Virus record (IMG/VR): IMGVR_UViG_3300032290_001460
Span: 32,001 to 96,000 of that record
Length of the DNA: 64,000 bases
DNA from: a virus
Lineage: Duplodnaviria; Caudoviricetes
Strand: one strand, 5' to 3'
Position numbers and translations under genes: made by a program. Of this stretch, positions 57,101 through 63,614 are shown piece after piece. Numbering within the stretch: position 1 is the stretch's first letter; every line of letters starts with the position of its first letter. Under the pieces are notes generated by a model. It was not told the origin of the DNA. It saw only the letters and a list, made by a program, of their open reading frames with translations, and ran no database searches.

Positions 57101-59647
57101 TGGCTAAAAGCAAGAGCAAGTGATAAAAAAACTTTTGAAACATTTAGACAATTACTTGATGACGAAATACTTGTTCCAATTTCTAGAGATTCTGCCGTCC
57201 CAAATATACGTAAAGGGAAAAAAGGAATAACAGAATATGGCGGCACAAGTGATAGTGAAGATTTTGCTGAAACAATAAAATTGTATATATCAGACTTGCG
57301 GAATAGTGGTTTATTCAGAAATAAAGATACTAATGAAATGGTCCGTTTTTCGGATATGTTCCCTAATCTTCATGGAATGCTTAAAGAATTTTTATCAACA
57401 TACGAAACTAATACAACCGATAAGGAAGTTATAGAAACAGTAAGCGACAGTTCTTTCTCACGGCGTTCTAGTGGGTTTTCTAACGGGACGTGGAAAATCG
57501 AAGGAAATGTCGTGCAGGAAATTAGTAAATGGCCCGATAAAAATACACCTCAGGGTAAAAAAATCCTTGATAGTGCCGAATTCAAAACACAGGTGGCATT
57601 GCTGGATGCAATGAATATTTGGCGAGGTAGTTTTAGTGACAGTAGAATGTTGGCTCGTATTCTTGGTGGTCTCAAGCCTCCAGAGGGAACTCAATACGTC
57701 GACGACAGGTTTATGAATATAGCACGAGTGCTTGATGGTGCTCTTGAAAATGCTCCCACTATTTCTGGTCAAGTTACTATCGCCGGAAAATCCATACCAC
57801 TCCCCCTGTATCGTTCGATGCGATTAACGCCAGATGTTTTCGATAGCATAAATTTTGGTGTTGGCAGCGAATTGAATTTTAGGGCTGCTTCAGCAGCATT
57901 TAGGGCCGATGTTGCGGCACAGTACAACATTGATGAATTAACCAATTTAGGTATTCGTGGAGGAATGCCTAAGAAAATCATTGTTCAGTTGCCCAGTGAT
58001 ACCAAGGGGCTAGTTTTTGATGATAGAAAAACTATCGTTGCGGACCAATTTAATGAACGCCCAGTAGAAGCAATCATTCGTGGAAACTTTAGGGTCGCTT
58101 CAGTCAAAACAATAACTATGCGCGACCCAATAACACGCAAGGATATTGAACAAGAAATTCATGTTATGGAACATATTGAACCGCCGACAAGTTCTCGTTC
58201 CACTAGACGTAAATATCACACAACGAATACACGACTAGACATCGGCGACTTTATTGTTTCACCTCGTAAGTCTGGCAAGGAGAATGAAAGTTCTAGTCAG
58301 ATAGATTTCAATGATTCTTCAGTGGTTTACGCATCTCCCAATTTTGCTGATGTGACTAGAGGAATCGAAGATTTTGCTAGTTCTGGCAGATATAAAGATA
58401 GTAACGGGCCTCTCTATATGTATCAAATTGAGGACACATCTCCAGCGAGCCTTAGTAGCGACACGTTCCCCCGTAATGAACTATCAATGACGTCATCTAG
58501 GGTGGAACGAGGCAAGGTCACTGGCATTTATAAGGTTTCCGATGATGGCGATGCTTTCATGTTTTCTGGTGGCTCGCGTTCAAGACGTAAGGGCGCAGGA
58601 GTACCAGCATCCAAGCCTAAAGATACACGCAGAGCAATAAGAGGCAAAATTGTTTCTGGTCGTCAGGGAATTGACGAAGATGGACTTACTCCAGAATTCA
58701 TTCAAGCCATGGAGTCAAAAATGGAAGAGATGGGTCTTTCTAGGGAAATGTTTCAAAAGACTCTTGATGATTTTTTAAAAACTTTAACTAGAACTAATAT
58801 CGATATTGGTAAAAGATGGTACCCATTCGTTAATCGTCGAATGAGAGATATGGTCGAAGATTTAAATAATAGATATGGTACTTCTATAACTTTCGAGCAG
58901 GGCGCCGCCGTAATGGCAGCGTTATCTCCTTTGAGGGAAGTGAATGAAAATATCAAGGCGGCAAAATTAATTTTAAGAACTTTTGCTGCTGATGAAGATT
59001 TTGAGATAACAGAAGAATTATTAAGTAAGTTAAAAATTTCAAAAAAAGAAGTTGAGATTTTCCTTGCTCGTGCTGGCGATGGAAAAATTAGACCTTCTGA
59101 ATTTAACGATGACGAAATAGAAATACTCATAGGTTTGAATCTTGGTTTTCTTAAAGCCGGAAGTGTTGATGGTCTTGCGAATATTAAAAAATCAATTTTT
59201 ATTTTGAGAGATAAAAATTCAATAGATGATGTGCTTAAAGGGCCCAAAGTCCGTTCTTTTTATTCTAATATCGTAGACCCAAATGGAACTAGAGTGACGA
59301 TTGATACATGGATGTATAAAATGATGGTTCCTCCAGATGTAAAAATATTATATAAAGGGCAAGAATTAACACTTGCCGAACATTTGAACATAAAGGGACC
59401 CGACGGCAAGAAAGTAAATAACGTTCAAGCGATGTTCCAAGCAACGCCACAAAGCAAAAAATTGGGTGGACAAATTGGTTTATACCCCATATTTGCTGAA
59501 TTGATAAGAAATGCAGCAATAAAATATAATATTCCTCCCTCTGCTCTTCAGGCAGCACTTTGGGAAAGGTTCAGGATGCAACTTTCTAATTATCAGCCAA
59601 CTGATTGGGATGAAGTTGCTGGACTTTTTGATTTGGATGTAGAATAA
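54170..59647 (+). CDS. Polyvalent protein (1825 aa): tag, ParB/Srx, two zincins, VIP2-like ART, Arr-like module, helical glycosylase-like domain
   Basis: KSLG..DGDNDGMVQDSTQWERP; SEGNHRLHAA (54947); HEHGH (55964); HELGH (57026); LYRSM..VEAIIRGNFRV; YHTT..L.IGD.I..VYAS..YMYQIE; WYP..AAVMAALSP..L.GPKVRSFYSNI..VTIDTWM..LQAALW. Confidence 0.8.
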   Translation: MNMNWTFTIGDKDYSATYDNASFVTDSPLVEYYVNKLIDDRTVVEIGDVGPMATASFETDAHAWGTITHAIRKLANIGSGKYPFSPLNGEDEIVKPDDKEPKTKSLGPSLGGVNEPFDPNAFDGDNDGMVQDSTQWERPALPGQIPTVVSQEVARPVSLTFTGPDPRILYPDMVGKTGSARYGNSPSIRIEHPLSPGNDIAFVSVRDLMKLPGNMPNDDGEIIFEERVEKLRQELLSNGFRSPIDIAYDPTTGRAYVSEGNHRLHAAFAAGYSYIPTTIFPMRINENRPALIITKDLDKWPWRETADGVYYNKNHMRERYLEREDAWPPFAPSEQDKKHIPNMRIHPLWVLPQGSIAGEISDNGVWGPLQPNAIEPLTDTSRSKREFSFFPSLGKKNRVNKKALSQVGPYPVVGDVDYPSTTHRFKVHGYETLWAVPEVGGLNPGEMLLIRDYSDEIKNFHHIEGISDGLVRMTKSGQVLFTILSPEESVELRESISTGKPLSASIEQRISDRFVKIPGEDGTIDDAIDFMYSILPSNITKPKQISLFEQEVIDEFTYPDGQKTIVTVDAHASHTQKSMTFWNGHTPTESLETMRTFFHEHGHMIDPIPPMYYMVHPTATQMLGDSPEKPMYFSDSIAWGAAVERDSQVAHSMILKNALIHPETRTRMSFISGKKAVSLYGTTDVREDFSEALAMYLIDKFYGSFVINEELGTNVRFAQLFPNRAQFFDDVIGTLYSFDEPLENLVKAITTGDFNAINSSRSSRIVPSKSTLIPDGIFDVEEPRFGSVQKLVRYTMDNPEINVFLFKNAALSPSSSQKTEFGIAVKHLVPNNLLSRDGHFISVDISESEFEELSTSMVLGNGIPQEISNRINSKLDIIRNQMQKLHAVLPDGAVSKMSFIHASEKSLFLPWVDVDGQAVTQISNGLGQEPRNFIAIYSLNRHTESHLSDVLAHELGHILDRDGGRNYKKSFVNESNRWLKARASDKKTFETFRQLLDDEILVPISRDSAVPNIRKGKKGITEYGGTSDSEDFAETIKLYISDLRNSGLFRNKDTNEMVRFSDMFPNLHGMLKEFLSTYETNTTDKEVIETVSDSSFSRRSSGFSNGTWKIEGNVVQEISKWPDKNTPQGKKILDSAEFKTQVALLDAMNIWRGSFSDSRMLARILGGLKPPEGTQYVDDRFMNIARVLDGALENAPTISGQVTIAGKSIPLPLYRSMRLTPDVFDSINFGVGSELNFRAASAAFRADVAAQYNIDELTNLGIRGGMPKKIIVQLPSDTKGLVFDDRKTIVADQFNERPVEAIIRGNFRVASVKTITMRDPITRKDIEQEIHVMEHIEPPTSSRSTRRKYHTTNTRLDIGDFIVSPRKSGKENESSSQIDFNDSSVVYASPNFADVTRGIEDFASSGRYKDSNGPLYMYQIEDTSPASLSSDTFPRNELSMTSSRVERGKVTGIYKVSDDGDAFMFSGGSRSRRKGAGVPASKPKDTRRAIRGKIVSGRQGIDEDGLTPEFIQAMESKMEEMGLSREMFQKTLDDFLKTLTRTNIDIGKRWYPFVNRRMRDMVEDLNNRYGTSITFEQGAAVMAALSPLREVNENIKAAKLILRTFAADEDFEITEELLSKLKISKKEVEIFLARAGDGKIRPSEFNDDEIEILIGLNLGFLKAGSVDGLANIKKSIFILRDKNSIDDVLKGPKVRSFYSNIVDPNGTRVTIDTWMYKMMVPPDVKILYKGQELTLAEHLNIKGPDGKKVNNVQAMFQATPQSKKLGGQIGLYPIFAELIRNAAIKYNIPPSALQAALWERFRMQLSNYQPTDWDEVAGLFDLDVE

Positions 59648-59651
59648 TATA

Positions 59652-59831
59652 ATGATTATGAGAAAAATAACAAAAACCAATTCAAATGCAGAAACTCCCG
59701 CAGAATTGAATATTGTTGGCGGTTTGACTGATGATGAGTTGTCGAAAAAGTATGGCTTTAATCAGGAGAGGTCGCGCAGTATTGCTGAGGCTCTTGGTAT
59801 TCCATACGACAACGAGGAGTCTGGATTTTGA
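59652..59831 (+). CDS. Small hypothetical protein (59 aa)
   Basis: Manual translation MIMRKITKTNSNAETPAELNIVGGLTDDELSKKYGFNQERSRSIAEALGIPYDNEESGF; TGATG overlap with the next ORF. Confidence 0.5.
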   Translation: MIMRKITKTNSNAETPAELNIVGGLTDDELSKKYGFNQERSRSIAEALGIPYDNEESGF

Positions 59832-59998
59832 TGAGTAAGGGCAAAAGAGAATCTAAGGGTGTTAAAAAGTTAGATAAGTCAAAATTGCTTAAACTGGCAA
59901 ATGATGATTATCACAACGCCTTTGGCCCAGATGGTTCTATGACGAATTTGAAGAACGAAATTGAAAGAAGTAGTAATGAGACAGATACCAAATCCTAA
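59831..59998 (+). CDS. Small hypothetical protein (55 aa)
   Basis: Manual translation MSKGKRESKGVKKLDKSKLLKLANDDYHNAFGPDGSMTNLKNEIERSSNETDTKS; coupled to the previous ORF. Confidence 0.45.
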   Translation: MSKGKRESKGVKKLDKSKLLKLANDDYHNAFGPDGSMTNLKNEIERSSNETDTKS

Positions 59999-60152
59999 AA
60001 ATGGCAGATATACAGGTGACCAGAGGATTACTGCTGCAGAATATGCCTTGTCAACTATGGCTAGTAGCATCGAAGAAGAAACTTTAGTTTCCAAGGCTGT
60101 CAACAGAATGCGAAATATTGTTTTAAAATTTAAGAGTAGTCAAAAAAAATAA
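59976..60152 (+). CDS. Small hypothetical protein
   Basis: MRQIPNPKNGRYTGDQRITAAEYALS...; fills the gap on the coding strand. Confidence 0.4.
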   Translation: MRQIPNPKNGRYTGDQRITAAEYALSTMASSIEEETLVSKAVNRMRNIVLKFKSSQKK

Positions 60153-60181
60153 ACTCAACACATTATTAGATGAGGTAATTT

Positions 60182-60532
60182 ATGAATGAGAAAGTCACCC
60201 CAGCACAAAGACTGATGGCAGGAGAGGTCAACCTCGTTATCTCTCCATCAAACGAGTCATTTAAAACACTCAACCCACAGGAAAGAAAATTTGCTGAAGC
60301 ACTAATTTCCATCACTCAAGAATATGGAAAATTTGATGAAGACGGCGAAGGCGTATGGGCAGGATACTCCCCGCCATCAAAAAATGATGTCAAAGACATT
60401 GGTGTCAAATGCGCAAACTGCGTCATGTGGGAAGGCGGCACAACATGCAAAATTATTGCCCTCCCAGTAGAAGCAGAAGCAAAATGCCGTTTGGCTGTAA
60501 TCCCTGATGGGGTTGTGCAAAAAAGCAAATGA
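60182..60532 (+). CDS. Four-Cys metal-binding protein (HiPIP-like spacing)
   Basis: GAGGT Shine-Dalgarno; Y...KCANCVMW....CKII...V.....C. Confidence 0.65.
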   Translation: MNEKVTPAQRLMAGEVNLVISPSNESFKTLNPQERKFAEALISITQEYGKFDEDGEGVWAGYSPPSKNDVKDIGVKCANCVMWEGGTTCKIIALPVEAEAKCRLAVIPDGVVQKSK

Positions 60533-61590
60533 CAGAAAACCTTCCCAATAGATTGCTACCGCGCAAACCAAAACTCAAACGAACAGGCATGATTGTTCCT
60601 GCTCGTGACGTTACCTATGGAGAAACGCCCGATTGGATACAAAAGGCAACGAAGGATTTTTTGGATAATATCCCCAAAAAGAAATCTCTTTCTAACTTAA
60701 ATTACACAAAACCAGAACTCAGAAATAATTTGAAAAAAAGAATTATGAACGGCTCTGATGGCGGTAGGCCCGGTCAATGGTCTGCCAGAAAAGCGCAACT
60801 ACTCGCTCTTGCCTATCGCAAGGCGGGAGGCGGATATAGGGGTAAGCCTTCAAAGAGTCAACGTTCTCTAAGTAAGTGGACTAAAGAGAGATGGACTACT
60901 ATTGATGGGAAACCCGCTTATCGTAAGGGCAAAATGAGCAGATATCTTCCCGCTAAAGCGTGGACTAGATTAACTGCCGCTCAACGTAAGGCTACCGTTG
61001 CTAAGAAACTAGAGGGCAGTAAGCGTGGCGAGCAGTTTGTTGCGAATACTCGCAGGGCTGCTTCTGCTTCTGCTTCCGCTCGCAAGACTGGTCAGCCTTC
61101 ACATTACGTTGTTAAGCAGTTGGATATCAAGAAAGATAAATCACCCAGTAACTCATCTGAAGGTAATATCGATGTTTCTTCTCGTAAGACTATTAAATTA
61201 TCGAATGGTGAAGTAGAGTTATTTAAACCTATGGCTTTCCGGAATGCTGGAAAAGTTATCGTTGTCCCCACAATTACTGAGGGCGGCAAACTACTGACTG
61301 AGAGTGGAGCAATTAACAAATACTTCGAAACTGGAATGCACCTAGGCATATTTGACGATATGTCAGAAGCAAAAGTTCGTATTGAACAACTAGAAAAAGA
61401 ACGTTTCAAAGACACTCCAAAAGAAAATACGGCAAAGAAAAAAGAAGATAAATACGATAGGCGTAAACACCGCCGGTCGCTGGCCGTCAACCCAGCAACA
61501 ATAAAGCCTGTCATCGACCCCAAAGCAAATGAAAACCAGCCTAAAAATGGAGTAATGAAACGCTCAGATTTTCTTGCTCAATTTGAATAA
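60529..61590 (+). CDS. Basic protein with DUF5872-like domain
   Basis: YTKPELR, GG.PGQWSARKAQLL...Y..AGGGY, SL.KWTKE.W, RYLP.KAW; second module VVPTI...G.HLGIF. Confidence 0.7.
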   Translation: MTENLPNRLLPRKPKLKRTGMIVPARDVTYGETPDWIQKATKDFLDNIPKKKSLSNLNYTKPELRNNLKKRIMNGSDGGRPGQWSARKAQLLALAYRKAGGGYRGKPSKSQRSLSKWTKERWTTIDGKPAYRKGKMSRYLPAKAWTRLTAAQRKATVAKKLEGSKRGEQFVANTRRAASASASARKTGQPSHYVVKQLDIKKDKSPSNSSEGNIDVSSRKTIKLSNGEVELFKPMAFRNAGKVIVVPTITEGGKLLTESGAINKYFETGMHLGIFDDMSEAKVRIEQLEKERFKDTPKENTAKKKEDKYDRRKHRRSLAVNPATIKPVIDPKANENQPKNGVMKRSDFLAQFE

Positions 61591-61647
61591 TTGGCATCAT
61601 TGCGAATCTTGCTCTGATAAGTTTCATACTCTACAAAAGGAACGAAA

Positions 61648-61824
61648 ATGGCCAAAAATAAAAAACCCAATTACAAGATTATTAGTCAAGTCACCACGGA
61701 TATCGATGGCAACGTTGTGCCCAAAGACAGTCCTGATGCCCACCATATTGAAGCAGAATTAGAGTATGAAGATGGCCGCATTGAGCGCATCTACGGCACC
61801 GTCGTAAAAGACGAAAAAGAGTAA
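61648..61824 (+). CDS. Small hypothetical protein (58 aa)
   Basis: AAGGA Shine-Dalgarno; manual translation MAKNKKPNYKIISQVTTDIDGNVVPKDSPDAHHIEAELEYEDGRIERIYGTVVKDEKE. Confidence 0.55.
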   Translation: MAKNKKPNYKIISQVTTDIDGNVVPKDSPDAHHIEAELEYEDGRIERIYGTVVKDEKE

Positions 61825-61999
61825 TATTGTACTAAATCTGACAATTTAGAGTACTTAAAATAAAAAAGTACCATAAAAGTGTATTTCTTGCATTGAGCAG
61901 GGTTTACGTGATGTATTTTAGTATCTAGGGCTGGGTGCTTACCTAAGCCACAAGCAAAAAAATACATCCACTCCAACCCTAGAAACCAAGAGGTTTAAC

Positions 62000-63319
62000 A
62001 TGTCAGAAGACACTTCACGTCTGAACGAACTGCAAAGCGCACTCCGTTCAAAGATGTCCGATAATAAGGCCATCGCAGACTCATTCAAGATTCAAGACGG
62101 CACCGTCGTTGTATCAACCGACCAAAAGACAGCGTTTGACAAGAACATGCGCGACATCAAGGAAATCAAGAGTCTCATCGAGGGCCTTGAATCATTCCGC
62201 GAAGTCGATGCATGGAGTAATCAGGCTTCAGGTCAGTCAGTTGGCGCATCGGCTGCTGCTAGCGCCGCTGGTGCTTCGGCACAGCGCACCCAATTCAAGT
62301 CAATCGGTGATGAGTTCGTCGGTTCGGCTGAATTCAAGTCACTTAACGGTGGCCGCAACGGCGCAAACATGCCTACCCCATTCACGACCAATGCAGTTCT
62401 CACCGGCTCATACAGCCAGAAGGACCTGTACTCAGGATTGCCGACCGGAAACCCCGGTACCTTCGGCAACATCCAGCGTGACCCGATTGTTATTCCTCCA
62501 ATGCGCACCAAGCGTGTTCGTGACTTGTTCCCCGTTCGTACAACGAACGCTCAAGTTATCGAATACTTCCGCATGACGGGATTCACCAACAACGCTGCAG
62601 CAGTTGCACAGCGCAACAATGACAACACCAACTTCGGCATCAAGCCGCAGTCGTCCTTCACCTTTGTGGGCGAGCAGGCTCCGGTCCGCACCATCGCTCA
62701 CTGGGAAGCCGCACACCGTAACGTTCTCGCTGACGAACCGCAATTGCGTTCAATCATCGACAACGAATTGATGTACGGTCTCCGTTTGCAAGAAGATGCA
62801 CAGATTCTTGCTGGTGACGGTACTGGCGAAAACCTTCAGGGTGTTCTCACCACAACGGGTATCCAGACATACGACTGGTCGGACGGCGCACATTTGCCTG
62901 TCGCAGATACTAAGGTCGACGCAATTCGTCGTGCCGCAACCCTGTCGTTCTTGGCTTACTACGAGCCAACCGGCGTGGTTCTCCACCCGAATGACTGGGA
63001 AGACATGGAACTCGCTAAGGACGACAATGGCCAGTACCTCGTTGCTGTGTCGGTCGCCCTTGGTGGAGAGCCCAAGTTGTGGCGTATCCCTGTCGTCGAA
63101 ACCCCAGCAATGACAGAAGGCACCGCTCTTGTCGGTGCATTCGGTACCGGAGCACAGTTGTACGACCGTGAGCAGGCCAGCATTAGAATCAGCGAACAGC
63201 ACAGCGACTTCTTCGTCCGTAACGCCATTGTGATTCTTGCCGAACAGCGTTTGGCTCTTGCTGTCAAGCGTCCGGAAGCATTCGTCAAGGTCAACTTCGA
63301 CGCAGCACCAACAGCCTGA
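62000..63319 (+). CDS. Major capsid protein, HK97 fold with delta domain
   Basis: N-terminal coiled coil, VRDLFPV, KPQS, VRTIAHW, LADEPQL.S.I..EL, QILAGDGTGENL.G, VLHPNDW, KDDNGQYL, LWRIPVVET, FVRN....LAEQRLALAV.RPEAF. Confidence 0.96.
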   Translation: MSEDTSRLNELQSALRSKMSDNKAIADSFKIQDGTVVVSTDQKTAFDKNMRDIKEIKSLIEGLESFREVDAWSNQASGQSVGASAAASAAGASAQRTQFKSIGDEFVGSAEFKSLNGGRNGANMPTPFTTNAVLTGSYSQKDLYSGLPTGNPGTFGNIQRDPIVIPPMRTKRVRDLFPVRTTNAQVIEYFRMTGFTNNAAAVAQRNNDNTNFGIKPQSSFTFVGEQAPVRTIAHWEAAHRNVLADEPQLRSIIDNELMYGLRLQEDAQILAGDGTGENLQGVLTTTGIQTYDWSDGAHLPVADTKVDAIRRAATLSFLAYYEPTGVVLHPNDWEDMELAKDDNGQYLVAVSVALGGEPKLWRIPVVETPAMTEGTALVGAFGTGAQLYDREQASIRISEQHSDFFVRNAIVILAEQRLALAVKRPEAFVKVNFDAAPTA

Positions 63320-63346
63320 TAACTAACTCGTAAGAGGAAGAAGTAG

Positions 63347-63403
63347 TGGCTCGGCCCCTCGGAAGACGGTTCTCATGCCGTCAACTGAGGGGCCTTGTCA
63401 TTT
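63347..63403 (+). terminator. Long interrupted hairpin after MCP (terminator or structured RNA)
   Basis: TGGC..GGCCCCTC-ggaa-GACGG-ttctcatg-CCGTC-aact-GAGGGGCC..GTCA-TTT. Confidence 0.55.
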
Positions 63404-63435
63404 AGTAAACATTTAGTATTTTAAGATTTGAGACT

Positions 63436-63612
63436 ATGGGACGCCATACATTTAAAGACGATGATAATGATTTCGATTGGGAAGAAATCGAAAAAGTTAC
63501 AAAAAATTACAAGGGCTCTGCAGACGATTTGGAAGACATACTCATTGATGAGGCTTACCAAAAACGTAAGAAGAAAAAGAAGCCAGGGCGCTTCACCGAC
63601 GAAGAAGGTTGA
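63436..63612 (+). CDS. Small charged hypothetical protein (58 aa)
   Basis: Manual translation MGRHTFKDDDNDFDWEEIEKVTKNYKGSADDLEDILIDEAYQKRKKKKKPGRFTDEEG; preferred over the overlapping track ORF 63428-63625. Confidence 0.5.
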   Translation: MGRHTFKDDDNDFDWEEIEKVTKNYKGSADDLEDILIDEAYQKRKKKKKPGRFTDEEG

Positions 63613-63614
63613 CC

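Noticed and set aside
12550-58590. SRS linkers as DNA recombination sites (attC- or shufflon-like)
   Set aside because: Nucleotide sequence varies freely among synonymous codons with no shared palindrome, and no site-specific recombinase is in the window.
10606-59647. Genome-wide stop-codon reassignment, or giant ORFs as artefacts
   Set aside because: Multi-kilobase ORFs are open in the standard code and TAA, TAG and TGA all end credible genes. Recognisable domains continue in frame throughout.
61574-61762. Track ORFs 61574-61762 and 63428-63625
   Set aside because: Overlapping ATG-started ORFs in other frames (61648-61824, 63436-63612) have more protein-like composition and fit the gene packing better.
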